Both the position numbers and the translations under genes were made by a program. Under the pieces are notes generated by a model. That model searched no databases. It was not told the origin of the DNA and saw only the letters and a list, made by a program, of their open reading frames with translations. From Paracoccaceae bacterium (lineage in GTDB: Bacteria; Pseudomonadota; Alphaproteobacteria; Rhodobacterales; Rhodobacteraceae): DNA of 64,000 nucleotides. Each line of letters opens with the position of its first letter. The first letter of the stretch is position 1. The stretch lies in NCBI GenBank assembly GCA_031991825.1, contig DALYSR010000005.1, positions 816 through 64,815 of the forward strand. Reading direction: 5' to 3'. This document shows, one piece after another, positions 39,057 to 49,935 of this stretch.

Positions 39057-39085
39057 GTGTCGTCGCAGTATTCCGTTGACAAATA

Positions 39086-39115
39086 TTCTACCGCAAGGAC
39101 AAGATCGTTAAGAAT
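39086..39115 (+). promoter_or_regulatory. Candidate promoter: perfect -35 TTGACA, 18-nt spacer, CAAGAT
   Basis: TTGACA at 39086-39091 and CAAGAT at 39110-39115, read directly. The -10 is weak, so this is tentative. Confidence 0.35.
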
Positions 39116-39122
39116 TTGCCGT

Positions 39123-39249
39123 AAAGTTGTGCGGTTTGAGAAAAGTTACCCGCGCCACGCATCAGGGGAGAGGAGGCCCCGCGTGGCATCTGGGGAGGAT
39201 GCACGCCCCGTGGTGATCCCACGGGGCTGTGCTGTTTTTAGGGCCTCAC
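39123..39249 (+). ncRNA. Candidate structured small RNA or terminator-containing accA leader (strand uncertain)
   Basis: Hairpin GCCACGC/GCGTGGC (39164-39197) has inner GGGG/CCCC pairs and loop AGAGGAGG. A second GGGGAGGA tract lies at 39202-39209. A 9-bp GC hairpin at 39215-39237 is followed by TGTGCTGTTTTT. No convincing ORF. The 5' end is only estimated from the putative promoter. Confidence 0.35.
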
Positions 39250-39440
39250 TTTTACGCATTTCAGTGTTTTCTCCCTGCAATCGACATCTTTGCAGCGCAG
39301 TTTCGGTCGGGTAAGACATCAGAAACGCGACTATTCTTCCCAGATCGCACTCCATTCACCCCTCGCTTGGTTGCGCTTTTGTGCAACTCTAGCCATATAT
39401 GGCCGACCCCAAGGGGTTACAGCCACCGCAGGAGAGGTCC

Positions 39441-40400
39441 ATGAACTACCTGGAATTCGAGAAACCCCTGGCCGAAATCGAAGGCAAGGCCGAGGAGCTG
39501 CGCGCTCTTGCGCGGGGCAATTCAGGCATGGATGTCTCGAAAGAGGCCGAAGCCCTCGACAAGAAAGCAGAAAGCTTGCTGCGCGACCTTTACAAGGATC
39601 TGACCCCTTGGCGGAAATGCCAAGTCGCGCGTCATCCGGAACGTCCGCATTGCAAGGATTATATCGAAACGCTGTTCACCGAATACATGCCCTTGGCCGG
39701 TGATCGTAATTTCGCCGATGACCGCGCGGTCATGGGCGGCCTGGCGCGTTTCAATGATCAGCCTGTCATCGTGATCGGCCATGAAAAGGGCAATGACACC
39801 AAGTCGCGTATCGAACGCAACTTCGGTATGGCGCGTCCCGAAGGCTATCGCAAAGCGATCCGCCTGATGGATATGGCGGACCGTTTCCGCCTGCCGGTGA
39901 TCACTTTGGTCGACACCCCCGGTGCCTATCCGGGCAAGGGCGCGGAAGAGCGTGGCCAAGCCGAAGCGATCGCGCGTTCGACCGAAAAATGCCTGCAAAT
40001 CGGCGTGCCGCTGATTTCGGTGGTGATCGGTGAAGGTGGTTCGGGCGGCGCTGTTGCCTTCGCGACCGCCAACCGGATCGCGATGCTGGAACATTCGGTC
40101 TATTCGGTGATCTCGCCGGAAGGCTGTGCGTCGATCTTGTGGAAGGATTCCGACAAGATGCGCGAGGCGGCAGAAGCTTTGCGTCTGACCGCGCAGGATC
40201 TGCAAAAGCTGGGCGTGATCGACCGTATCATCAAAGAACCGATGGGCGGCGCACAGCGCGGCCAACGCGAGACCATCGAAGCGGTCGGCAAAGCGATTGA
40301 GACCATGCTGCAGGAACTGTCGGGCAAATCGCCCGAAGCGCTGATCAAAGATCGCCGCACCAAGTTCATCGACATGGGATCGAAAGGGCTGGCGGCCTGA
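39441..40400 (+). CDS. accA: Acetyl-CoA carboxylase carboxyltransferase alpha subunit
   Basis: [17 protein letters not shown]-terminus, [21 protein letters not shown] 39441 is preceded by GGAGAGG. Confidence 0.96.
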   Translation: MNYLEFEKPLAEIEGKAEELRALARGNSGMDVSKEAEALDKKAESLLRDLYKDLTPWRKCQVARHPERPHCKDYIETLFTEYMPLAGDRNFADDRAVMGGLARFNDQPVIVIGHEKGNDTKSRIERNFGMARPEGYRKAIRLMDMADRFRLPVITLVDTPGAYPGKGAEERGQAEAIARSTEKCLQIGVPLISVVIGEGGSGGAVAFATANRIAMLEHSVYSVISPEGCASILWKDSDKMREAAEALRLTAQDLQKLGVIDRIIKEPMGGAQRGQRETIEAVGKAIETMLQELSGKSPEALIKDRRTKFIDMGSKGLAA

Positions 40401-40433
40401 TCGGCCCCGCCTGTTACCCCAGCTACTGAAGTG

Positions 40434-40463
40434 AAAAGGGCGCCCGATGTGGCGCCCTTTTTC
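40434..40463. terminator. Bidirectional terminator between accA and plsC
   Basis: AAAAGGGCGCC-CGATGT-GGCGCCCTTTTT. Confidence 0.8.
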
Positions 40464-40467
40464 ATTG

Positions 40468-41193
40468 TTATCCGGTGAAACCTGCTTCGCGGTTCAATGC
40501 ATCGGATGCGGATTCGATGCGGTCCTCCAATGTGGCGGTGAAGGTCTGAAGATCCAGTCCCGGCTCGATGCGCGGCAGGAATTCCACCACCGCATGACCC
40601 GGTTTGCGCAGGATGCCACGCTTGGGCCAGAACAGGCCGATATTGGTCGCCACCGGCACGCAGGGCTGTTCAAGCTGCTGATACAAAAGCGCGGGGCCGA
40701 CCTTATAGGGGGCCTTTTCGCCCGGCGCGACCCGCGTTCCCTGCGGATAGATCACCAATTGGCCCGGATGCGCCGTGCCGCGCGCGACATCGGCTTTCAT
40801 CTTGGCAATCGCCGCCCCGCGCCGCCCGCGATCCACCGGCACACAGCCGATGCGCAAGGCATATTGGCCCAGCAGCGGCGCGTAGATCAGTTCCTTTTTC
40901 ATGATGAACTTCGCGCGGGGCACATGCAGGAAGATCACCAGAATGTCGTAGAAGCTTTGGTGTTTGGCGGCGATCAGCACCTCGTCGGTGGGCGGCGTGC
41001 CGCGCACTTCGGTGGTGATCCCGCACATCACCCGCAGCGTCCAGACCACCCATGCCGCATAGCTTTTGCAGGCCGCAAAGGCCGCATTGCGCGAAAAGAT
41101 CGCGAAGGGCGCGAAGACGACGGCAATAACCAGCATCGCCAGATACATCTGGATGATGAACAGCAGCGACAGGATCCAGCGAAAAACGATCAT
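40468..41193 (-). CDS. plsC: 1-acyl-sn-glycerol-3-phosphate (lysophospholipid) acyltransferase
   Basis: HQSFYD (HX4D) and YPQGTR motifs. ATG 41193 overlaps the ftsX stop (ATGA). Confidence 0.85.
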   Translation of the reverse strand: MIVFRWILSLLFIIQMYLAMLVIAVVFAPFAIFSRNAAFAACKSYAAWVVWTLRVMCGITTEVRGTPPTDEVLIAAKHQSFYDILVIFLHVPRAKFIMKKELIYAPLLGQYALRIGCVPVDRGRRGAAIAKMKADVARGTAHPGQLVIYPQGTRVAPGEKAPYKVGPALLYQQLEQPCVPVATNIGLFWPKRGILRKPGHAVVEFLPRIEPGLDLQTFTATLEDRIESASDALNREAGFTG

Positions 41194-42089
41194 CAGTGCA
41201 GCTCTCTCAGAATGCGCAAGGCGGCGAAGCGCGTGGCGGCAAAGGCAACTCCGGCAACCAGCGGCGGCAAGAGCCATGGCAATACCCAGCCCCAGCCAGA
41301 AAAGCCAAGGCCGGTCAGGAACCCGCCCGCCTCATCCACCGCAGGCAAAAGCGATACCGCGATGATCGCCACGAATGTGCCTGCCACCGCACCGATCAAC
41401 GCGCGCAGGGTGAAACGACGGACGAAGGCTTGCACGATATAGCTATCTTGCGCGCCCACCAACCGCAGCACTTTGATAACCTGCAAATTGGCCGACATCG
41501 CGGCAGTCGCGGCCAAAGTGATCATGCCGCCTGTGGCAACACCCAGCAGCACCAGCGACAGGCCCCCCAGCAGCCGCAACCGGCTTGCGGCCACCGCCAT
41601 CGGACGACGCCAGCGTTCGTGATCATCCAGCACGGCGCCGGGCGCTTCGGCTTGCAGGCGCAGTCGCAGACCGCCCGCATCATACGCCGGACTGCCTTCG
41701 GTGATTTCGATCAGGCGCGGCAGGGGCAAAGCGTCGATCGGCAGATCGGGGCCGAACCACGGCTCCAGCAGCTTGCTTTGATCTTCAAGCGACAGGGTTT
41801 TGGCCGATGCGATACCGGGTGTTGTTTCCAGTATCTTCATCACAACATTGGTTTGCAGGTCCAGCTGTTCGACCGGCGCCGAAATCCGCACCGTCGCCGT
41901 GCCCGCAAGCGATCCCGCCCAGCGATCGGCCAGACGCCCCGATGCCAAAGACAAAGCCAGCGCGAAGACCGCAAGGAAAGTCATCGCGGCGGCGGTCAGC
42001 GTGGTCAGTTGCGCGGTGAAACCGCTGGGCGGCACCACGCGGTCGGCCTGCCGGTCGCGGTTCAGCAGTTCTTCGATCAAGGCTCTCAC
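41193..42089 (-). CDS. ftsX: Cell division ABC transporter permease-like protein FtsX
   Basis: 298 aa. Four TM segments with a large periplasmic loop between TM1 and TM2. Immediately downstream of, and overlapping, ftsE. Confidence 0.85.
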   Translation of the reverse strand: MRALIEELLNRDRQADRVVPPSGFTAQLTTLTAAAMTFLAVFALALSLASGRLADRWAGSLAGTATVRISAPVEQLDLQTNVVMKILETTPGIASAKTLSLEDQSKLLEPWFGPDLPIDALPLPRLIEITEGSPAYDAGGLRLRLQAEAPGAVLDDHERWRRPMAVAASRLRLLGGLSLVLLGVATGGMITLAATAAMSANLQVIKVLRLVGAQDSYIVQAFVRRFTLRALIGAVAGTFVAIIAVSLLPAVDEAGGFLTGLGFSGWGWVLPWLLPPLVAGVAFAATRFAALRILRELH

Positions 42090-42757
42090 AGATCCGCTCC
42101 TGCCAGTTGCACCCGCCTGCGCGAGATCCGCAGCACGCGCGCCGCGATCTGCGATTTGGCCTGACGGATCAGGTTCATGTCATGGGTGGCGACCAGCACG
42201 GTCTTGCCCATCCGGTTCAATTCGACCAGCAAGGTCAACAGGCGCAAGGACATTTCCCAGTCCAAGTTGCCGGTGGGTTCGTCGGCCAGGATCACATCGG
42301 GGCTCATGATGATGGCGCGCGCAAGGGCCGCGCGCTGGCGTTCACCGCCCGACAATTGCGGCGGCAAGGCATCGGCCAGATGCGCCAGCCCCACCCAATC
42401 CAAAAGCGCCTGCAGGTCCTGCGACGCGACGGGCTTGCCCGCCACCATCAGGGGCAGCGCCACATTGGCGGCCAAGGGCAGGTGGTCAAGGAATTGGCAA
42501 TCCTGATGCACCACCCCGATCCGCCTGCGGCACAGGGCGACGTCATCGCGCGTCAGGCTGCGCACTTCGCGGTCGAACAATGTCACATGGCCCGAGGTCG
42601 GACGCAGTTCGGCATAGCCCAACTTCATCAGCGTGGTCTTCCCCGACCCCGAGGGGCCGGTCAGAAAATGGAACGACCCAGGGGCCAGACGAAGGGTCAC
42701 TTCTGACAGCAACTCTCCGCCACCGTAATTATAGGCTACATTGTCGAATGTGATCAC
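42086..42757 (-). CDS. ftsE: Cell division ATP-binding protein FtsE
   Basis: Walker A GPSGSGKTT, signature LSGGERQR, Walker B ILADEP. Start moved to GTG 42757 (VITFDNV), which has AGAGGG 8 nt upstream. The ORF-track start at 42811 is a TTG. Confidence 0.88.
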   Translation of the reverse strand: MITFDNVAYNYGGGELLSEVTLRLAPGSFHFLTGPSGSGKTTLMKLGYAELRPTSGHVTLFDREVRSLTRDDVALCRRRIGVVHQDCQFLDHLPLAANVALPLMVAGKPVASQDLQALLDWVGLAHLADALPPQLSGGERQRAALARAIIMSPDVILADEPTGNLDWEMSLRLLTLLVELNRMGKTVLVATHDMNLIRQAKSQIAARVLRISRRRVQLAGADL

Positions 42758-42920
42758 GCCGGATGCCCTCTTGTTCAGGCGCAGAATCGCCGAAAGCGAC
42801 GCAGGATTCAATCACATGCGCCACATCGCAGGTGTAAAAAATCCTGGGCCGTCTTGGCCTCATTCTGCATCCTTGATAGTGTGAGACAAATCCGGGTTTG
42901 CCGGGAAAGGGTATCGCCTG

Positions 42921-44009
42921 ATGCGTTTGATTTGTCCCAATTGTGACGCCCAATACGAGGTGGATGCCTCTGCCATTCCCGAGTCAGGCCGGGATGTGCA
43001 ATGTTCCAACTGCGGCAATATGTGGTTCGTGTTGCCCGAAGGCGAAGTCGATGCGGCCGAAGTCGCGGCTTTCATGTCGCAAAAGGCAGACGTCAGCCGT
43101 CCGGTTGCGGTAGATCCGCCTGCGCCGGTGCCGCCGATCGCCCATGCGGGGGGGCGCTCGATTCGCGCGCTCGCGCCGAGCGATGAAACCGAATTCGAAG
43201 ACGACGAGCCGCAGACGGCCACCAATCTACCGCCGCCGCGCCGTGCCTTGGATGAAAACGTGCTTGCCGTGCTGCGCGAAGAAGCTGCGCGTGAAGTGGC
43301 GGCGCGCAAGGCCGAAGCGGAAGCCGCGGGTGTCACGCAAGGCAGGGTGCCAAGCGCGTCGGATGCATCCGAAGACGAGGTCTTGGCAGGGTTCATCAAA
43401 CAGCCCGCCGTGCCGCATCCCGCAGATGATGATGATGCAGATGATGATATGGGCGCGCCTTTCGTGGCCGTGACCGAAGAGCCGCGGCCCGAAGCGGTGG
43501 CAATCGACCCCCTGCCGCCCTTTGCACAGACGGTGGCCCAAGGCGGGCATCCCGAACTTCTGGGCGACAGGCCGATTTCGGCCAATGCTCCGGTGCCCGA
43601 TCAGGCCGAAGTCGATGCGATCAATGCCGTGCTTGATGCGCCCGAACCTTTGCCCTTGGGCAAACCGCCGGTGTCGGCCCAACCGCCGATGTCGGCGCAG
43701 CCGCGTCACGCCTTGCTGCCCGATGTCGAAGAGATCAATTCCTCGTTGCGCCCAAGCGACGAACAAGACGATTCAGCTCTGCCGCTGCCAGCCGCGCAAA
43801 GCCGTCGCGGCTTCCATCTTGGCTTCTGGCTGATGATCACGCTCGCCGTTCTGATCGTCTTGGCCTATGTTTTCGCGGAAGATCTGGCGCGATTGACGGG
43901 TCGCAACGCTTGGGTCGCGGGCTATGTCAATCTGATCGACGGGCTGCGTTCGGAACTAGACCAGCTGATCCAGAAAGCGACAATCATCTTGCAGGGCCTG
44001 TCGGGCTAA
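42921..44009 (+). CDS. MJ0042-type zinc-ribbon protein with acidic/Pro-rich linker and C-terminal TM segment
   Basis: MRLICPNCDAQYEVD...VQCSNCGNMWF zinc ribbon. TM segment FHLGFWLMITLAVLIVLAYVF. Divergent from ftsEX. Confidence 0.8.
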   Translation: MRLICPNCDAQYEVDASAIPESGRDVQCSNCGNMWFVLPEGEVDAAEVAAFMSQKADVSRPVAVDPPAPVPPIAHAGGRSIRALAPSDETEFEDDEPQTATNLPPPRRALDENVLAVLREEAAREVAARKAEAEAAGVTQGRVPSASDASEDEVLAGFIKQPAVPHPADDDDADDDMGAPFVAVTEEPRPEAVAIDPLPPFAQTVAQGGHPELLGDRPISANAPVPDQAEVDAINAVLDAPEPLPLGKPPVSAQPPMSAQPRHALLPDVEEINSSLRPSDEQDDSALPLPAAQSRRGFHLGFWLMITLAVLIVLAYVFAEDLARLTGRNAWVAGYVNLIDGLRSELDQLIQKATIILQGLSG

Positions 44010-44103
44010 ATCCCATAGGCCGTGCATCCGGTCTTACGCGGCGTTCGAGATGACAAGGGGCTTGCGCTTGGTCACACTGCCCCGATCTGCCGGAGGACAG
44101 TCA

Positions 44104-46107
44104 ATGACGCATTACCCCCATCTTCTCGCGCCCATCCGTTTGGGCGCGACCGAACTTCGCAACCGGGCCATCATGGGTTCCATGCATACCGGTCTGGAAG
44201 AAACCGGCGACTGGAACCGCGTGGCGCGGTTTTATGCCGATCGCGCGGCGGGGGGCGTTGGGCTGATCGTCACCGGCGGCATGGCCCCAAATCTTGAAGG
44301 CGGCGTCTTTCCCGGAGCGGCGGGGCTGTTTTCCGATCTCGATATTGCCAATCACCGCAAGGTGACGGATGCGGTCCATGCGGCAGGCGGCAAGATCGCG
44401 ATGCAGATTTTGCATGCGGGGCGCTATGCCTTTGGCAAGGGATGTGTCGCGCCATCCGCGGTAAAATCGCCGATTTCCCCCTTTGCGCCGACCGCTTTGG
44501 ATGCCGAGGGCATTGAAAAGCAGATCGGCGATATCGTCACTGCGGCGGTTCGGGCCAAGGCTGCGGGCTATGACGGGGTCGAGGTGATGGGCAGCGAAGG
44601 CTATTTCCTGAACCAGTTCCTTGTTCGCCATACCAACCGTCGCGACGATGACTGGGGCGGCAGCTACGAAAACCGGATGCGGCTGCCGGTCGAAGTGGTG
44701 CGGCGTGTGCGCCAAGCGGTCGGGCCCGATTTCCTGCTGATCTACCGCATCAGTTTGATCGACCTGATCCCTGACGGATCGACGTGGGAGGAAGTGGTCT
44801 TGCTTGCCAAAGCCGTCGAGGCGGCGGGGGCCACGGTGCTGAACACCGGTATCGGCTGGCATGAGGCCCGTGTGCCGACCATCGCCACATCCGTCCCGCG
44901 CGGCGCTTTCACATGGCTGACCGCGCGGCTCCGGCCGGAAGTGTCGATTCCGGTCATCACATCGAACCGGATCAATACACCGGAATTGGCCGAAAATCTG
45001 CTGGCCGATGGTGTGGCCGATCTGGTGTCGATGGCGCGGCCTTTCCTGGCCGATGCCGATTTCGTGGCCAAGGCGGCGGCGGGGCGGGCCGATATGATCG
45101 CGCCCTGCATCGCCTGCAACCAAGCCTGTCTGGACCATACCTTCGCCGGCAAGCTGACATCCTGCCTGGTCAATCCGCGCGCTTGCCATGAAACCGAAAT
45201 TCTCACCGGCAAGGCCGATATCGCCCAACGCATCGCGGTGGTGGGCGCGGGGCCTGCGGGGCTGACGGCGGCGCTGACGGCGGATGCGCGGGGCCATCAG
45301 GTCGTGCTGTTCGAGGCGTCGGACCGCTTGGGTGGGCAGTTGCATCTGGCGGCGCAAGTGCCGGGCAAGGAAGAATTCATCGGGCTGATCCAATGGTTCG
45401 ACACGATGATCCGCGCCTCTGGCGTCGATCTGCGTTTGAACCATCGCGCCACGGCAGGCGATCTGCAGGGCTTTGATCAGGTGATCATCGCCTCCGGCGT
45501 GGTTCCGCGGGCGGCGGGAATTGCGGGCGAAGACAAAGCCTTGGGCTATATCGACGTCTTGCAGGGGGCCGAAGTCGGTGCGCGCGTGGCGGTGATCGGC
45601 GCGGGCGGGATCGGCTTTGACGTGGCCGAATATCTGGCGCAGGGCGATGACAGCCCGACGCTGGATCTGGAGCTTTGGCGGCGCGAATGGGGTGTCGGCG
45701 ATCCGGCAAAGGTGGCGGGCGGTTTGCGCCCCCCCGCGCCGGATGCGCCTGCGCGCAAGCTGTGGTTGATGCAGCGCAAAGCCGAACGACCGGGGCGCGC
45801 TTTGGGCAAGACCACGGGCTGGATTCACCGCATGGCGCTGCAACAGAAGGATGTCGCCATGTGGGGCGGTGTCGATTACCGAGAGATCACCGATCGAGGC
45901 ATCATCATCGCCCGCAACGGTGTCGAGGAACTGCTGGAGGTCGATCAGGTGGTGATCTGCGCCGGACAAGAACCCTTGCGCGGTCTTGCCGATGAAATGC
46001 TGGCGGCGGGACAGCCGGTGCATGTGATCGGCGGCGCGGATGTGGCGGCGCAATTGGATGCCAAACGGGCGATCAACCAAGCGGTCAGGCTGGTGTCAAG
46101 CCTATAG
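44104..46107 (+). CDS. fadH: NADPH-dependent 2,4-dienoyl-CoA reductase (OYE-like plus FAD/NAD domains)
   Basis: Old-yellow-enzyme N-terminal domain (HLLAPIRLG...RNRAIMGSMH), 4Fe-4S Cys cluster CIACNQACLD, GAGPAG dinucleotide motifs. Start set at ATG 44104. Confidence 0.88.
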   Translation: MTHYPHLLAPIRLGATELRNRAIMGSMHTGLEETGDWNRVARFYADRAAGGVGLIVTGGMAPNLEGGVFPGAAGLFSDLDIANHRKVTDAVHAAGGKIAMQILHAGRYAFGKGCVAPSAVKSPISPFAPTALDAEGIEKQIGDIVTAAVRAKAAGYDGVEVMGSEGYFLNQFLVRHTNRRDDDWGGSYENRMRLPVEVVRRVRQAVGPDFLLIYRISLIDLIPDGSTWEEVVLLAKAVEAAGATVLNTGIGWHEARVPTIATSVPRGAFTWLTARLRPEVSIPVITSNRINTPELAENLLADGVADLVSMARPFLADADFVAKAAAGRADMIAPCIACNQACLDHTFAGKLTSCLVNPRACHETEILTGKADIAQRIAVVGAGPAGLTAALTADARGHQVVLFEASDRLGGQLHLAAQVPGKEEFIGLIQWFDTMIRASGVDLRLNHRATAGDLQGFDQVIIASGVVPRAAGIAGEDKALGYIDVLQGAEVGARVAVIGAGGIGFDVAEYLAQGDDSPTLDLELWRREWGVGDPAKVAGGLRPPAPDAPARKLWLMQRKAERPGRALGKTTGWIHRMALQQKDVAMWGGVDYREITDRGIIIARNGVEELLEVDQVVICAGQEPLRGLADEMLAAGQPVHVIGGADVAAQLDAKRAINQAVRLVSSL

Positions 46108-47043
46108 ATCCAAGCCCGCGCCTTGCCGCAACAATCCGATCAGCCGCGCCAGCGCGGGCGCGGGTGTCTGTGCCTGTCGCGTCATCAGCGCGTAGCTGCC
46201 GACATCGATGCCGAAAGCGGGGGACAACGTGCCGAAGCCCATGCCCTCGCCTTGGGCCAGCACATCGCCCACTGCTTGGGCAAAAGGGGCTATGGCATTG
46301 CTTTGACGTAGCAATGTCAATGTCAGCAATACCGATGCCGTGGTCAATTGCTGGCGCGGCATCGGTTTTCCATGGCTTGCGAAATGGCTGATGACGGCGC
46401 GGTGCAAGGGCGACGTCGCATCCGGCATCACCCAGTCATAGCCAAGCATATCGTCATGGCTCAGCCTGATGCGGCCTTCCAAAGGATGCGCTTTGCGCAC
46501 CAGAAAAGACACCGGCTCGGTTCCCATCGGGGTCAGATCGAATTCCTCGTGATCGCGCGGCTGGATCGGGCGGGCGAGCACCAGATCAAAGCGGCCCGAG
46601 CGCAGACCATCGCATAGTTGGCTCGACGGTCCGACCGTCACATCCGCCGTGATCGCCGGATGGGTCACGCGCAAGGTGCGCAGCGCAGGCAGCACCAAGC
46701 CGATGGCCGGCGCCGTCACCGCCCCGATGCTGAGATGCCCCGTCTCACCCGCCGCAAGGCCCATGACTTCGGCGCTGGCCTCGTGCAATTCCGCCAGAAT
46801 ACGTTTGGCGCGGCGGGCCAGCACCTCTCCGGCGGCGGTCAAAACGATGCCACGGCCTTGGCGCAGATGGATTGGTTGCTGAAGAACATCTTCTATTTCG
46901 ACGATAATTCTGGATGCGGTGGGCTGGGAAACCCCGACGGCCTCGGCCGCCGCGGTGATCCGCATATGATCGGCCAGCGCCGCCAGAAAGCGCAGATGAC
47001 CCAATTTCAGATGGTGAAGCGGGGGCGGGGATAGGGGACGCAT
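46102..47043 (-). CDS. LysR-family transcriptional regulator, divergent from chvE (GbpR-like arrangement)
   Basis: HTH segment LRFLAALADHMRITAAAEAVGVSQPTASR plus a LysR substrate-binding domain. Divergent from the sugar-binding protein gene, as gbpR is from chvE in Agrobacterium. Confidence 0.88.
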   Translation of the reverse strand: MRPLSPPPLHHLKLGHLRFLAALADHMRITAAAEAVGVSQPTASRIIVEIEDVLQQPIHLRQGRGIVLTAAGEVLARRAKRILAELHEASAEVMGLAAGETGHLSIGAVTAPAIGLVLPALRTLRVTHPAITADVTVGPSSQLCDGLRSGRFDLVLARPIQPRDHEEFDLTPMGTEPVSFLVRKAHPLEGRIRLSHDDMLGYDWVMPDATSPLHRAVISHFASHGKPMPRQQLTTASVLLTLTLLRQSNAIAPFAQAVGDVLAQGEGMGFGTLSPAFGIDVGSYALMTRQAQTPAPALARLIGLLRQGAGLDL

Positions 47044-47083
47044 GGCGGCTCCGATCTGGAAATGGACTGCTAAAACATATCAA

Positions 47084-47105
47084 ATATGAAGTATATGCTT
47101 CATAT
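47084..47105. promoter_or_regulatory. Palindromic operator candidate ATATGAAG-N6-CTTCATAT (LysR-type T-N11-A core)
   Basis: Exact 8-bp inverted arms read at 47084-47091 and 47098-47105, 41 bp upstream of the LysR start, in the divergent LysR/chvE region. Confidence 0.5.
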
Positions 47106-47256
47106 AACATCATTTGACGCAAATGTATCGCCGGATCATCCTGACCGCATTCGTGGCCTGCCAAGGGAGGGCAGCGCTCGATCGTGCCGCGACACCACCA
47201 GACCTGTCGGGCAAAAACAGCGCCGTCTGAAAACGGCACTATGGGAGGAGATCGGA

Positions 47257-48336
47257 ATGCACTTCACCAAACGCGCCGCTTTGAAGCTGGCGCTTGCCGC
47301 TTCGCTTTTGGCGACCACTGCTTTTGCCCCCGCCTTCGCGCAGGACAAGGGCACCGTCGGCATCGCGATGCCGACCAAATCTTCGGCACGCTGGATCATG
47401 GATGGCGAATCCATGGTCAAGCAATTCACCGAAGCGGGCTATGGCACCGACCTGCAATATGCCGAAGACGATATTCCCAACCAATTGGCGCAGATCGAGA
47501 ATATGATCACCAAAGGCGTCAAGGTCCTGGTGGTCGCATCGATCGACGGCACCACCTTGTCGAATGCTTTGGAAAACGCCAGCGCGAGCGGCATCAAGGT
47601 CATCGCCTATGACCGCCTGATCCGCGACAGCGACGCGGTCAGCTATTACGCCACCTTCGACAACTTCAAGGTCGGCGTCTTGCAGGCCGAAAGCCTTGTG
47701 AAGGGCCTGAAAGAACGCTTCCCCGATGCGAAACCGTGGAATATCGAACTGTTCGGCGGCAGCCCTGACGACAACAATGCCTTCTTCTTCTATGACGGCG
47801 CGATGTCGGTGTTGCAGCCGATGATCGATGCGGGCGAGATCGCCATTCCGTCGGGCCAAAAAGGCATGGATGTGGTCGGTACCCTGCGTTGGGATGGTGC
47901 GGTCGCACAATCGCGGATGGATAACCTGCTGTCGGCCAATTACGGCGACAAGCAGATCCATGGCGCGCTGTCGCCTTATGACGGGCTGTCGATCGGCATT
48001 CTGTCGTCGCTCAAAGGCGTTGGCTATGGTTCGGGCGATCTGAAGATGCCGATCGTCACCGGTCAGGACGCCGAAGTGCCGTCGGTCAAATCCATGGTCG
48101 CAGGCGAGCAATATTCGTCGATCTTCAAGGATACTCGCACCTTGGCAGGCGTCACCGTGAAGATGGTCGATGCTTTGATGGAAGGCAAAGAGCCGGAAAT
48201 CAACGACACCAAAACCTATAACAACGGTGTCAAAATCGTGCCGTCCTACCTGCTGGAGCCACTGCCGGTCGATGCCGCCAACTACGAGAAAATCCTTGTA
48301 GAGTCGGGCTATTACACCGCCGATCAGCTGAAATAA
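47257..48336 (+). CDS. chvE: Multiple-sugar (arabinose/galactose/xylose-type) ABC transporter periplasmic binding protein, ChvE-like
   Basis: Signal peptide [28 protein letters not shown] followed by a [15 protein letters not shown] type I SBP fold. Followed by gguA/B/C-like genes. ATG 47257 is preceded by GGGAGGAG. Confidence 0.85.
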   Translation: MHFTKRAALKLALAASLLATTAFAPAFAQDKGTVGIAMPTKSSARWIMDGESMVKQFTEAGYGTDLQYAEDDIPNQLAQIENMITKGVKVLVVASIDGTTLSNALENASASGIKVIAYDRLIRDSDAVSYYATFDNFKVGVLQAESLVKGLKERFPDAKPWNIELFGGSPDDNNAFFFYDGAMSVLQPMIDAGEIAIPSGQKGMDVVGTLRWDGAVAQSRMDNLLSANYGDKQIHGALSPYDGLSIGILSSLKGVGYGSGDLKMPIVTGQDAEVPSVKSMVAGEQYSSIFKDTRTLAGVTVKMVDALMEGKEPEINDTKTYNNGVKIVPSYLLEPLPVDAANYEKILVESGYYTADQLK

Positions 48337-48405
48337 TCCAATCCCTTCGGCCTGTCCGCCGCGTGCGGGCAGGCCGTTCACGACAAGCAATTGGCGGAGG
48401 CTATC

Positions 48406-49934
<1,529 letters not shown>

Positions 49935-49935
<1 letters not shown>

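Noticed and set aside
39031-39058. Possible CtrA box near GTTAACAAAATAAC
   Set aside because: The spacing does not fit TTAA-N7-TTAAC. Only isolated TTAA/TAAC elements are present.
39057-39355. ORFs of 85 aa (plus) and 69 aa (minus) in the accA-upstream gap. Also a GTG-initiated 41-codon frame starting at 39193 after GGAGAGGAGG, and a 5-codon ATG frame at 39209
   Set aside because: The translations have no recognisable features and would read straight through the GC hairpin and T tract. The 5-codon ORF has zero spacing to its SD. An RNA-level function fits the hairpin architecture better. The 41-aa peptide cannot be formally excluded without ribosome profiling.
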